A stretch of DNA of 37,860 bases from Actinomycetes bacterium (GTDB lineage Bacteria > Actinomycetota > Acidimicrobiia > Acidimicrobiales > Bog-793): contig JAJYQK010000038.1 of assembly GCA_021794645.1 (NCBI GenBank), forward strand, positions 1 to 37,860, in the 5' to 3' direction. The notes under the pieces were generated by a model. The model ran no database searches. It saw nothing but the letters and a program-made list of their open reading frames with translations, and had not been told where the DNA came from. Positions within the stretch are counted from its first letter, which is position 1. Each line of letters opens with the position of its first letter. The position numbers and the translations under genes are program-made. Positions 26,268-35,154 of the stretch are shown piece by piece.

Positions 26268-26283
26268 TACTGGGCGACCAGTA
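26268..26283. promoter_or_regulatory. Palindromic putative operator upstream of glnA4
   Basis: TACTGG-GCGA-CCAGTA in the 72-bp intergenic gap. Confidence 0.45.
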
Positions 26284-26298
26284 AAGCACTCCCTCTCG

Positions 26299-28134
26299 TC
26301 ACCGATGTAGCCCGAGGCTGATCTCGATCCTGCTGAGGACGAGCCGGAAGGTGCCGTTCGAGGGCCGGAACCAGGGGGAGCTCGAGCCGACCAGCTCCAG
26401 CTCGAGCAGGTGGCGGGGCTGCAGGACGTAGAGGTTGGGCGAGAGGTCGAAGGTCATCGGGCCGCCGTCCGGCGACGGGCGGTAGACACCGGCCTCGACG
26501 AGCTGGCGGCGCCGGGTCGCCGGGTTGTAGTCCCAGAGCCGGCCGACGAGCTCGGGAAAGCGACCCGAGACTCCCAGGTGAGCTCGGATGACGAGCGGTC
26601 CGACGAGGGTGAGGGCGCTGGCGCTGGCGGGCCTGAGCGGCACCACCACCTCGCCCGGGGTGGCGGTGGCCGGCAGGGCGTCGCAGTAGGAAGAGGCATA
26701 GGCGGGGTTGAGGGCGGCCGCCACGGCGGCCGAGCCGCTCGTCGAGGTGACGAGGTGGCGACCCGGTACCGATGCTGTCAAGGCGCTGTTGGCGAGGGCG
26801 GCGAGGCTCGGGCCGGACAAAAGGGGGTGGGAGGGCGAGGAGGCCGGGCAGGTCGTCCCGAGCGCCAGCACCCCGGTCGGCGGGCGGCGATGACGGAGCA
26901 TCACGTCGTCGATGAAGCCGAGGGCGACCCTCGTCTGCCAGGCGATGTCAGCCGGCTTGTTGTCCGCCCAGCCGTGGCCGACATCGTCGAAGATCTGCAG
27001 GAGGGGCGCGCTGAGTCGGTCCCTCTCGTAGGCCTGGGCGTAGTGGAGGGCCTCTGAGACAGGAAAGAGCGTGTCGGTCCAGCCGTTCTGGAGCACGACG
27101 GGCGCCGGACCACCCCGGTCGAAGGGGATGCCGATGGGCGAGTGGTACTCCTGCAGCTGGCGGAGGGAGGCCAGGACTCTCCCCGAGTAGGGCTCACCGG
27201 CGGCGATCTCGGCGTGCCAGGTGGTGAGGTCCGCCGAGGGGTCCCGCCCGGGCGGCGAGAGGTAGAAGAGGGCGGAGGCGTCGTACAAGAGGTTGTCCCA
27301 GGACTCCTTCTCGACGCCGGGTGGCCGCAGGTCGGCGGAGGGCGGGGTGTAGCGCCCCTCCAGCAGGTGGCCGTTCGGTAGGAGGGAGCTGGCAAGGTCA
27401 TCCCAGCCCCAGATGGCATAGGCGGCCCCGACGGCCATCGGGATGTGCCGCCTGGGGCTCGTCCAGGGGACGAAGCGACCGTCGCGCAGCCGCACCCGGT
27501 TCTTGAGCACCGCCAGCTCGAGGGCCTGGCCTCCGCCGTAGGACTCACCGGCGACGGCGATCGTCGGTCGCACCAGACCCTCGTCGACGAGCAGGCCGGC
27601 CAGGTACTGGGTGTCGCGCACCTCGTAGCGCTGGTCGGCGAGGTGGAGCCAGCCCCTCGCGCAACCGGGCGTGCCGGCCCGGGAGCGAGGTGTCCCACAG
27701 GAGTTGCCGAAGCCGCGGGCCGTGTAGGTGAGCACTGCCCACCCCTGGGCGGCGAGGGTGACGTTGTCGAGCTTGCCGTCGACGGCGTGCGACTCGAAGT
27801 TGTGCTTGGAGCCGGCCAGGCCGTGCAAGAGGACGATGAGGGGAAACGGCCCTCTCCCTCTCGCCGGCAGCGTGACGTCGGCATCGAGCGGCACGCCGTC
27901 GAAAGAGGGCACCCGCTCGGTTGTCCCGTTGCCGGGGCAGAACCGCACCGAGTAGGCCGGGTGGCAGCTCAGCCGGCCGAAGGGCCGTGGCACGAGCGGC
28001 GGAGGCGGCTCGAGACGCGTCTTCGCCCCCTGCTGGGGCGAGGCTGTGCCCTGCGAGGCTGTCCGGGCGCTCGTGCAACCGGCCAGCACGAGAGCGACAC
28101 CGAGAGCCACCGCCGCCCGGCGGCGCCCAATCAC
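26299..28134 (-). CDS. Secreted lipoprotein CocE/NonD (S15-like) acylase/esterase
   Basis: Signal RRR...LVLAG|C lipobox, SFDGVPLDAD, LLHG, YTARGFGNSCG, nucleophile GESYGGG, and a C-terminal jelly-roll-like region (LELELVGS). Confidence 0.85.
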   Translation of the reverse strand: MIGRRRAAVALGVALVLAGCTSARTASQGTASPQQGAKTRLEPPPPLVPRPFGRLSCHPAYSVRFCPGNGTTERVPSFDGVPLDADVTLPARGRGPFPLIVLLHGLAGSKHNFESHAVDGKLDNVTLAAQGWAVLTYTARGFGNSCGTPRSRAGTPGCARGWLHLADQRYEVRDTQYLAGLLVDEGLVRPTIAVAGESYGGGQALELAVLKNRVRLRDGRFVPWTSPRRHIPMAVGAAYAIWGWDDLASSLLPNGHLLEGRYTPPSADLRPPGVEKESWDNLLYDASALFYLSPPGRDPSADLTTWHAEIAAGEPYSGRVLASLRQLQEYHSPIGIPFDRGGPAPVVLQNGWTDTLFPVSEALHYAQAYERDRLSAPLLQIFDDVGHGWADNKPADIAWQTRVALGFIDDVMLRHRRPPTGVLALGTTCPASSPSHPLLSGPSLAALANSALTASVPGRHLVTSTSGSAAVAAALNPAYASSYCDALPATATPGEVVVPLRPASASALTLVGPLVIRAHLGVSGRFPELVGRLWDYNPATRRRQLVEAGVYRPSPDGGPMTFDLSPNLYVLQPRHLLELELVGSSSPWFRPSNGTFRLVLSRIEISLGLHR

Positions 28135-28139
28135 CCGTG

Positions 28140-28793
28140 CTATGGCGCTCCCCTCGCGCCGACGAGCCGGAGCGCCAGGGCGACGAAGCGCTCGGAGATC
28201 TCGGCTTCTGTCAGCTCTCCCCGCTCCCGTAGCCACTCGCCGGCGTGCACGCACATGTCGAGGATGGCGGCCGCGGTGATGACTGCGGCCGGCCGGCCCT
28301 CTCCGCCGAGGATGTCGAAAGAGCCGTCGGCATGGCCGTCGAGCACTATCGAGACCATCCGGTCGCGCAGCCGCCGCCGCACCGCCACCACCTGGGTCAG
28401 GCGCTCTCCGGAGAGCTGCCCGTACTCCCGGTTGGCGACGCGGGCCCCCTTTCGACCCGTCGTGTGAACTCGGACGTAGACCTCCACCATGGCCTTCAGT
28501 GCCCCTGTGGGCCCGGGCTCGGCCGAGGCGAGGGCCTTGTCCACCTCGTCCTCGAGCCAGCGGTGCCTCGTCATCACGAGGCGGTAGAGGAGATCCTCTT
28601 TCGAAGTGAAGTGGTTGTACATCGCCCCAGGCGTGAGCCCGCAGGCCTGGGTGATCTCCCGCACCGATGTCGCTGCCGAGCCCTGGGTGTAAAAGAGCTC
28701 ATCGGCGGCGCGCATGAGCCGGCGCGCCGGCTCCGAGAGCCGTCCTTCGCCCTGGTCGTCGGAGGGATCGGTCATCGTGGCTTCGCTCACCAT
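28140..28793 (-). CDS. TetR/AcrR-family regulator (KstR2/FadR-like C-terminus)
   Basis: HTH AADELFYTQGSAATSVREITQACGLTPGAMYNHFTSKEDLL, plus AILDMC...WLR..G.L. Confidence 0.93.
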   Translation of the reverse strand: MVSEATMTDPSDDQGEGRLSEPARRLMRAADELFYTQGSAATSVREITQACGLTPGAMYNHFTSKEDLLYRLVMTRHRWLEDEVDKALASAEPGPTGALKAMVEVYVRVHTTGRKGARVANREYGQLSGERLTQVVAVRRRLRDRMVSIVLDGHADGSFDILGGEGRPAAVITAAAILDMCVHAGEWLRERGELTEAEISERFVALALRLVGARGAP

Positions 28794-28846
28794 CTCATCG
28801 CCTCTTCTGCACGCGCAAAGGACACGAGGGGGCCGGGCGAGGGCCT

Positions 28847-28874
28847 GCTCCCCGGGGCGTCTGCCCCGGGGAGC
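28847..28874 (-). terminator. GC-rich hairpin after the substrate-binding protein gene (terminator or mRNA stabiliser)
   Basis: 12-bp stem GCTCCCCGGGGC / GCCCCGGGGAGC with a 4-nt loop and no U-tract. Confidence 0.55.
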
Positions 28875-28893
28875 CCTTACCCGTTTGCTCTGG

Positions 28894-30225
28894 CTACTTC
28901 CTGAACTGGGCCGGGATGCTGTCCGGCTTGCCCCGGTAGACCGTGATCGGTCCCCGTAGCGTCGTTATCTCCCGCGGCGTGAGCACCGAGATGGCGCGGC
29001 CGTCGTGGGTGATCTTCACCACCTCAGAGCCCGAGAAGCCGTAGTGGTCGCTCCTCGAGTAGATGAGCGGCACGAGGCCGGGGTTCGAGAGCGCCTTGGC
29101 GTGGGTCTCGAGGGCGTTGAGGAAGCTCTTCACCGTCAGGTTCCTTCCCGCCTGCTCGAGCGCCTCCACGGTCGTCACCCCGAGAGCAAAGCCGTACTCG
29201 CTGTTGCCGTCCCAGTGGAAGCCCTTGTCGTAGCGCTTCAAGATGGCCTTGGCCAACCTGTTCCAGGGGTTGGTGCCAGCCGTCTCGGGCGGGAGGTAGG
29301 CGTTTGTGATCATGCCGTTCAAGAGCGAGGCGCCGGCCTTGCCCTTCGAGAAGGCACCGAGCAGCCCGGCAAGGGTCGGCGGGTCCGCCCCGACGCTCGA
29401 GACGACCCAGATCGGGTGGTAGTTGAGCTGAGCGGCTGCCAGCAGGGCGAGCGCCGTCGCCGCCGGGATCGTGTAGAGCGCCACGACCTGGGCGCCGGCG
29501 CTCTGCAGAGCGGACACCTGGCTGCCGAGGCCGGCTCCGAGACCCTGGACCGTGCCCTGGTAGTTCTGCTCCCCGACGACCCGGCGGTGCGGGATCTCGC
29601 GGTTGAGGCCCTTAACGCCGTCCTGCCCGAACTCGTCGTCCTGGTAGAGGTAGCCGATCCGCTTCCGGCCGAAGTGGCTCTTGATGTAGGCGCCGAGGAT
29701 CTTCCCCTCGACGATGTAGTTCGGCTGCCAGCCGAAGGTGTAGGGGAACTTCTTCGGTTGGCTCCAACAGGCGCAGCCCGACTCGACGAAGACCTGCGGC
29801 ACGTGGTGCTTGTTGAGGAAGGACTGCACCGAGGTCTGTGTCGGGGTCCCGAGGCCACCGACGTCGGCGAAGATGTGGTCGTTCTCGACGAGCTGCTGGG
29901 TGTACTGCACCGTGAGCGTCGGGTCGTACTGGTCGTTCTTGATCAGGTAGGTGATCTTGCGGCCGTGGACCCCGCCGTGGGCGTTTATGTAGCTGAACAC
30001 CGCATTGGCCGCCGGGGCGATCTCGTCGTAGCCCGGCGCGGCCGGCCCGGTCAACGGTGTCGTCGTGCCGAGCACGATCCTGTGGGCCGTAACCCCCGGC
30101 GTCCGCGCCGGCCGGAGGCTTGCCCCCGAGCTCGGGATGACGAGCAGGGCCGAGGCGAGGGCCGCGGCGCTGAGCACCGCGGCCGCAGCCAGCGGACGAC
30201 CGCGGGAGCGGATCGAATCTTTCAT
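28894..30225 (-). CDS. ABC transporter substrate-binding protein, LivK/PBP type 1 family
   Basis: Signal peptide, PGVT..IVLG...PLTGPAA, INAHGGVHGRKI, GGLGTP and YQDDEFG. Start ATG 30225 overlaps the permease stop. Confidence 0.92.
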   Translation of the reverse strand: MKDSIRSRGRPLAAAAVLSAAALASALLVIPSSGASLRPARTPGVTAHRIVLGTTTPLTGPAAPGYDEIAPAANAVFSYINAHGGVHGRKITYLIKNDQYDPTLTVQYTQQLVENDHIFADVGGLGTPTQTSVQSFLNKHHVPQVFVESGCACWSQPKKFPYTFGWQPNYIVEGKILGAYIKSHFGRKRIGYLYQDDEFGQDGVKGLNREIPHRRVVGEQNYQGTVQGLGAGLGSQVSALQSAGAQVVALYTIPAATALALLAAAQLNYHPIWVVSSVGADPPTLAGLLGAFSKGKAGASLLNGMITNAYLPPETAGTNPWNRLAKAILKRYDKGFHWDGNSEYGFALGVTTVEALEQAGRNLTVKSFLNALETHAKALSNPGLVPLIYSRSDHYGFSGSEVVKITHDGRAISVLTPREITTLRGPITVYRGKPDSIPAQFRK

Positions 30226-31325
30226 GGACTGGTCCTTTCTGGTGGTGTGGATGTGGAGGAGAGGTCGAGAGGCGGCGACAGGGCCGAGGCGAGGGATGAA
30301 GGGCGCCGTCGCAGCCGTCGGTAGCCGGCGCGGAGCCAGCCCTGGATGCCGGAGGGGGCCGCCATCATGATCACGATGATGAGCACCCCGAAGACGGCGT
30401 TCTGGAGGTTGGCGGTCACCGTGGAGGCCGAGGAAAGGTGGCTCGTGATGGAATTCGTCCACTGCGGTACATACACGAGGGCGAGCGCCCCCCACCAGGC
30501 GCCGATGAGGGTCCCGGCTCCACCGATGACCATGCCGGCGAGCAACTGGATCGAGAGGAAGAGAGAGAAGCTGTTCGGGCTGACGATGCCGCCCCAGAGG
30601 GCCTCGAGTCCTCCGGCCAGCCCGGCGGCGGCGGCGGAGACCGCGAAGGCGAGCACCCGCATCCGGTTCGGGTTGAGCCCGGCCGCCTGAGCGGCGATGT
30701 CGTCGTCGCGCACCGCCTTCAGTGCCCGGCCGAACCGGCTCTTCATGAAGTTGGCGAGGACGACCATCGTCAGGATCGCCGCCAGCAGCGAGATCCAGGC
30801 GAGCCAGCGCTGCGGGTTCACTCCCCCCGGGGGCGTCGCCTGGTTGACGATGATGCCGCTGTCACCGTTGAACAGGCTCGAGAACTTCGTCGGCAGGTCC
30901 TGCACCGCCAGGGCGAGGGCGAGGGTCACGCCGGCCAGGTAAGGGCCGCGGAGCCGGGTGGCCGGCAGGCCGACGACGGTACCGAGGAGGGCGGCGGCGG
31001 CGATGCCGACGAGGATCGGCACGACGAGGGGCAGCCGGAAGTGCTCCATCATCAGCCCGGCGCCATAGGCCCCTACCGCCATGAAGGCACCGTGGCCGAG
31101 CGAGATCTGGCCACTTCCTCCCGTCAGCACCGACAGCCCTGCGATGGCGATTGCGTACCAAGCGATCTCGGCGATGATGGTGTTGTCGTAGAAGCTCACC
31201 GAGCTCGTGAGGAGATAGAGGACGGCGGCTGCGAGCACCCCGAGCAGGAGATGCCAGACAAGGGGTTGGCTGCGCAGCCTCTCGAGGCTCTTCGCACCGG
31301 GCAGCCGGTGCTCGATGAGGCTCAT
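30222..31325 (-). CDS. livM: LivM-type ABC permease
   Basis: GQISLGHGAFMAVGAY, RLRGPYLA, SRFGRALKAVRDD and multiple TM segments. Confidence 0.92.
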   Translation of the reverse strand: MSLIEHRLPGAKSLERLRSQPLVWHLLLGVLAAAVLYLLTSSVSFYDNTIIAEIAWYAIAIAGLSVLTGGSGQISLGHGAFMAVGAYGAGLMMEHFRLPLVVPILVGIAAAALLGTVVGLPATRLRGPYLAGVTLALALAVQDLPTKFSSLFNGDSGIIVNQATPPGGVNPQRWLAWISLLAAILTMVVLANFMKSRFGRALKAVRDDDIAAQAAGLNPNRMRVLAFAVSAAAAGLAGGLEALWGGIVSPNSFSLFLSIQLLAGMVIGGAGTLIGAWWGALALVYVPQWTNSITSHLSSASTVTANLQNAVFGVLIIVIMMAAPSGIQGWLRAGYRRLRRRPSSLASALSPPLDLSSTSTPPERTSP

Positions 31326-32206
31326 ACCCGCCTCGCCTTCGCCGCTGCGAAGAGGCCCTCGGGCCGTATCGAGAGCACCGCGATGAGCAAGAGGGCTGCT
31401 CCGACCGTCTCCATGCTGGAACCGAGGTAGCCCCCGATGTAGGAGATGCCGAGGCCGCTGAGAATGCCGCCGACGAGAGCTCCGACAGGGCTGTCGAGCC
31501 CGCCGAGCACTGCGGCGGCAAAGCCGTAGACGAGCATCGGGTCCATCATGTTGGGCGAGAGGAAGACGAGGGGGGCGACGAGCATCCCCGCTAGTGCCCC
31601 CGCCAGGGTGGCGAGCGCCCAGCCGACCGTGAGGATGCGCCCCACGCGCACCCCGAGGAGGCGGGCCACCTCGGGGGCGAAAGCGCTCGCTCGCATCTTG
31701 AGTCCGAGAGAGGTCCAGCGGAACAGGACGAGCATCAGCACCATGAGGACGATCACAGAGCCGAGGATGAAGATGTCGAAGGCCGAGAAGTCGAGGTAGG
31801 TGTGGCCGAGAATGATGCCCGACTGGGAGACGCCACCGGGTGGGGCGATGCCGCGGTCGGTCGAGCCCCAGATGGCACCGGCGACTGACTCGACGAGGAT
31901 GAGCAGGCCGATCGTGACGACGACGGGGTTGAGCTCCGGCTTGCCGTAGAGGGGCCGCATGAACACCCGCTCGGTGACGGCGCCGAACACCAGCCCGGCA
32001 ACGAGGGCCGCTGCGAAGGCGACCCAGCTGTTTATGGACCTGTCGAGCAGGCTGGCGGCCACGTAGGTGGTGAGCGTGGCGAGGGCGCCCTGGGCGAAGT
32101 TGATGACCCTGGTGGCCCGCCAGATGAGCACCAGGCCGAGCGCCACAGCCGCGTAGATCGCCCCGTAGGAGAGACCGTTCAGCGTCAGGTCGATGAAAAG
32201 TGTCAC
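31322..32206 (-). CDS. livH: LivH-type ABC permease
   Basis: NGLSYGAIYA, INFAQG, GLKMRA, FAAAVLGG and RPEGLF. Confidence 0.92.
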   Translation of the reverse strand: MTLFIDLTLNGLSYGAIYAAVALGLVLIWRATRVINFAQGALATLTTYVAASLLDRSINSWVAFAAALVAGLVFGAVTERVFMRPLYGKPELNPVVVTIGLLILVESVAGAIWGSTDRGIAPPGGVSQSGIILGHTYLDFSAFDIFILGSVIVLMVLMLVLFRWTSLGLKMRASAFAPEVARLLGVRVGRILTVGWALATLAGALAGMLVAPLVFLSPNMMDPMLVYGFAAAVLGGLDSPVGALVGGILSGLGISYIGGYLGSSMETVGAALLLIAVLSIRPEGLFAAAKARRV

Positions 32207-32215
32207 GGCCGTCCT

Positions 32216-32923
32216 TCAGAATCCGAGATAGCTGTGGCGGAGCTGGTCGTCTGCCGCCAGGGTCTGCGGATCGCCCGAGAGGACGACCCTTCCGATGTTG
32301 AGCACCACCGCCTCGTCGGCGATAGAGAGGGCGCTCTTGGCGTTCTGCTCGACCAGCAAGAGGGTGAGGCCGTCTCTTCGCGTCAGCTCTCTCACCGTCT
32401 TCATGAGCTCGAGGGTCACGAGCGGGGCGAGGCCGAGCGAGGGCTCGTCGAGCAGCAGCAGCCGAGGTCGGGCCACGAGGGCCCGGCCGATCACGAGCAT
32501 CTGGCGCTCGCCGCCAGAGAGGGTGGCGGCCGGCCGGCGGCGCCGCTCGGCGAGGGCTGGAAAGAGCCCGTAGACCTCCTCGATCAGCTGGCCGTGGTCA
32601 GGTGCCCTCTTCCGCCAGAGTGCCCCGAGGCGGAGGTTCTCGTCGACGGTGAGCTCTGTGACGACGCCCCGGCCCTCGGGGACATGGGCCACCCCGAGGC
32701 GGACGAGCTCTTCTGTGCGGTGACCGAGCAGCTCGGTGCCGGCCCAACGAGCGCTCCCCTTCTTCACCGGCACCAGACCCGTGAGTGCTCTGAGGAGGGT
32801 CGTCTTGCCGGCTCCGTTCGCCCCGAGGACTGCCGTGATGGAGCCCTCCTCCGCCTTGAAGGAGACGTCGGAGAGGGCGGCCACCGGCCCGTAGGAGACC
32901 GTCAGCTCCGAGATCTCAAGCAT
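32216..32923 (-). CDS. livF: LivF-type ABC ATPase
   Basis: GANGAGKTT, VPEGR, LSGGERQML, LLDEPSLGLAP and VEQN. Confidence 0.95.
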   Translation of the reverse strand: MLEISELTVSYGPVAALSDVSFKAEEGSITAVLGANGAGKTTLLRALTGLVPVKKGSARWAGTELLGHRTEELVRLGVAHVPEGRGVVTELTVDENLRLGALWRKRAPDHGQLIEEVYGLFPALAERRRRPAATLSGGERQMLVIGRALVARPRLLLLDEPSLGLAPLVTLELMKTVRELTRRDGLTLLLVEQNAKSALSIADEAVVLNIGRVVLSGDPQTLAADDQLRHSYLGF

Positions 32924-33737
32924 CGCTCGCCTCCGCTTCGACGGGGGCGCCGAGATATGCCTCGGTGACGACCGGGTTTGCCCTCACCTCGGCTGGAGTG
33001 CCCGTGGCGATCACCCTGCCGAAGTCGAGCACGACGATCCGGTCACAGGTGGCCATGACGAGATCCATGTTGTGCTCGACGATGAGCACGCCCATCTCGC
33101 TTCGGAGCCCTCTCAGCAGCTCGCCGAGCTCGGCGATGTCGGACGAGGAGAGCCCGCTTGCCGGCTCGTCCATCAAGGTGAGGGCGGGCCCCGAGACGAG
33201 GGCGCGGGCGAGGGCGATCTTCTTCTGGATCGGATATGGAAGAGAGCTCGGGTGCTCGCCGGCATAGGCGGCGACGCCGAGGCGGGCCAGTGCCTCCAGC
33301 GCACTTGCCCGCAGGCGCCGCTCCTCCTTGGCCGAGCTGGGCAACCCGAGAAGGGCCGACGCCGAGCCGGTACGGGCGAGAGGCTGGGCTCCCACCATGA
33401 CGTTCTCGAGCGCGCTCAGACCGGCGATGAGCCCGACACCCTGCAAGGTACGGGTGATGCCGAGATGGGCGAGCTGGTGGGGCCGCTGGTGGCGGAGCTC
33501 ACGTCCGCGCCAGCTGATGCGGCCGGCAGCCGGCCGCACGAAACCGCAGATGACGTTGAAAAGCGTGGTCTTGCCCGCCCCGTTCGGGCCGATGACACCG
33601 ACCACCTCACCGTCAGAGGCGCGGAACGAGACGTTGTCGAGCGCGGTCAGCCCGCCGAAACTTACGGTTACGCCCTCCACCTCGAGCGAGGTGTTCGGTC
33701 CGGCGACAGCCGGGCTCTGCTCAGAGGCCTGCGCCAC
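32916..33737 (-). CDS. livG: LivG-type ABC ATPase
   Basis: FGGLTAL, GPNGAGKTT, MDEPASG, VEHNMDLV and EAYLG. Start trimmed to GTG 33737 behind GGGGAGAG. Confidence 0.93.
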   Translation of the reverse strand: MAQASEQSPAVAGPNTSLEVEGVTVSFGGLTALDNVSFRASDGEVVGVIGPNGAGKTTLFNVICGFVRPAAGRISWRGRELRHQRPHQLAHLGITRTLQGVGLIAGLSALENVMVGAQPLARTGSASALLGLPSSAKEERRLRASALEALARLGVAAYAGEHPSSLPYPIQKKIALARALVSGPALTLMDEPASGLSSSDIAELGELLRGLRSEMGVLIVEHNMDLVMATCDRIVVLDFGRVIATGTPAEVRANPVVTEAYLGAPVEAEASDA

Positions 33738-33875
33738 TTCTCTCCCCCACCTGTGCCCCGGCGGGTGGCGCGAGCGCACTGCCAGCGAGCGGCCAGCCGA
33801 CAGGCCTGCTTTCGGAGGCCTTGCCCACTGCCCAGCCGCCCGGAACGCCACTGTCCGTCACGGTCCCCCCTCATG

Positions 33876-33919
33876 TGAATGAGCGCTCATGCATACATCT
33901 GGCAGTGGACGACAGTCAA
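33876..33919 (-). promoter_or_regulatory. Putative promoter and TetR-type operator of the ABC operon
   Basis: Palindrome TGAATGAGCGCTCATGCA (33876-33893, perfect 12-bp core) overlaps a weak -10 TATGCA. A -35 TTGACT lies 18 nt upstream (33919-33914). Confidence 0.6.
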
Positions 33920-34322
33920 GGTCTTTGCCAGATGATCTCTTCGGGCTGCCCTCCAGCGCAGCCCTCGGGTCAGAGGCCGAAGCCCTTCAGCACCTTTCGC
34001 AGGCCGGTGTGGTCTCCTTGCAGACCGCGCGCAGCACGAGCCGCTTGCCCAGAGCCGACGGCCCCCTCGCCGCCGCCTGGGTGTTGCCAAGGAGACGCCC
34101 TCCTCGGCAGAGCTGGCTTCTAAGGCCCCGCGCCCGACCCATGCCAGAGTTTGCTCCCCCCCGGCCGCGCTCGCAATAGGCAAGCATCCCTGCCGGCCCG
34201 AGCCGCCCACCCGGCGCGATCTCATGCCAGGTTCGTTACATCTCACACGCCTCGTGGCGAGGTGAACACGAAGCGCAACATTCCAAGTCCTCGCACGCCG
34301 GGGCATCGTTACCTTCGGTGTT

Positions 34323-34505
34323 GTGGCTGTCTTCCTGGTCTGCCTTGCCGGCCTCCTAGGAGCTGCCGTCCTCGCCGTCTGGACGGCGGCGAGGCCAGGC
34401 GCCCTTGCCCTTCTCGACTGGCTGTCGGGGGCGGCGCAGCGTGCCGCTCGCCAGCGGACAGAGGGCCGCCCGCGGGCTCACCCCCTCACCGCCAGAGGTC
34501 GCTGA
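34323..34505 (+). CDS. Putative small membrane protein (60 aa)
   Basis: N-terminal hydrophobic helix and basic tail. TACCTT lies 7 nt before the GTG (leaderless pattern). Confidence 0.4.
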   Translation: MAVFLVCLAGLLGAAVLAVWTAARPGALALLDWLSGAAQRAARQRTEGRPRAHPLTARGR

Positions 34506-34527
34506 AACTCGAGCCCGAGCGGCTCTC

Positions 34528-35154
34528 CTACTGGTAGTAGAACGAGAGCGAGTTCGACCGCCCCCCACTTGTCGTGACGGTGATCGGCACCCGCTGGTGA
34601 GAGCGGGGCAGGGGGGGAATGGTCACCTCGCAACTGTCCCGGCTCGGGCAGTCAGTCCGGGTCGCCTGCCCGTCCACCCGCGCCAGCACGATCCCGTCGG
34701 CGCTCACAAGTCCCGAGCCGTGAACCCAGACGACAGCTCCCGGCCCGGCAGCCGGAGGCGTGACTGCCGTCAGGTGGGGTGCCCCGGGACCCGATGCCGC
34801 CACGGTCGTCGTGGTCGTCGAGGTGGAGGTGGAGGTCGAAGTAGAAGTAGAGGTAGGTCTTGAGCTCGTGGAGGTGGTGGAACCGCTTCTTCCTGAGTTG
34901 CCCGTGCTGCGGGCAGAGATTGTCCTTCTCCCGGCGGGCTGCCCGGGCGGCGCGCTCGTCATGTGCTGCACGACGACGGTACCGACGGCGGCCGCTCCGC
35001 CGATGACGGCGAGGAAGGCCAGAGCCATCAGGCCTCGAGCCACCAAGTGGGCCTGGCGCCGTCGCTGCTGTGTCGCCACGAAGACAGCGCGGTGACGCTC
35101 TGGCACCGCGACGGCGGGGATCTCCTGTGTGTCGGGCTCCAAATGGTCCGGCAT
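34528..35154 (-). CDS. Membrane-anchored protein with a Ser/Thr linker and a C-terminal IPT/TIG (Ig-like) domain
   Basis: One TM helix, (TS)n tract, P.LTAVTP..AGPG..V.V.GSG and ITVTTSGGRSN..F.Y. Confidence 0.75.
   Translation of the reverse strand: MPDHLEPDTQEIPAVAVPERHRAVFVATQQRRRQAHLVARGLMALAFLAVIGGAAAVGTVVVQHMTSAPPGQPAGRRTISARSTGNSGRSGSTTSTSSRPTSTSTSTSTSTSTTTTTVAASGPGAPHLTAVTPPAAGPGAVVWVHGSGLVSADGIVLARVDGQATRTDCPSRDSCEVTIPPLPRSHQRVPITVTTSGGRSNSLSFYYQ
34802..34880. repeat. Low-complexity hexamer/trimer repeat encoding the Thr/Ser linker
   Basis: GAGGTG/GAAGTA and GTC units encode TTSTSSRPTSTSTSTSTSTSTTTTT on the minus strand. Confidence 0.8.

Noticed and set aside
28135-28254. Upstream extension of the CocE ORF, and likewise 30226-30495 for the SBP
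   Set aside because: Both overlap the upstream genes, and the signal peptides start at the trimmed positions.
414-33878. Long antisense or overlapping ORFs (e.g. 414-1508, 4377-6185, 9143-10627, 18563-20812, 19242-21095, 29005-30324)
   Set aside because: Shadow ORFs of well-supported genes, caused by high GC3 and few stop codons, with no recognisable motifs.
33887-34306. Several 60-140 aa ORFs in the ABC upstream region
   Set aside because: R/P/G-rich with no motifs or SD, and overlapping the putative promoter.
34802-34880. Short tandem repeats as a CRISPR array or contingency locus
   Set aside because: These are in-frame degenerate codon repeats for a Ser/Thr linker. No repeat-spacer array or cas gene is seen anywhere in the window.
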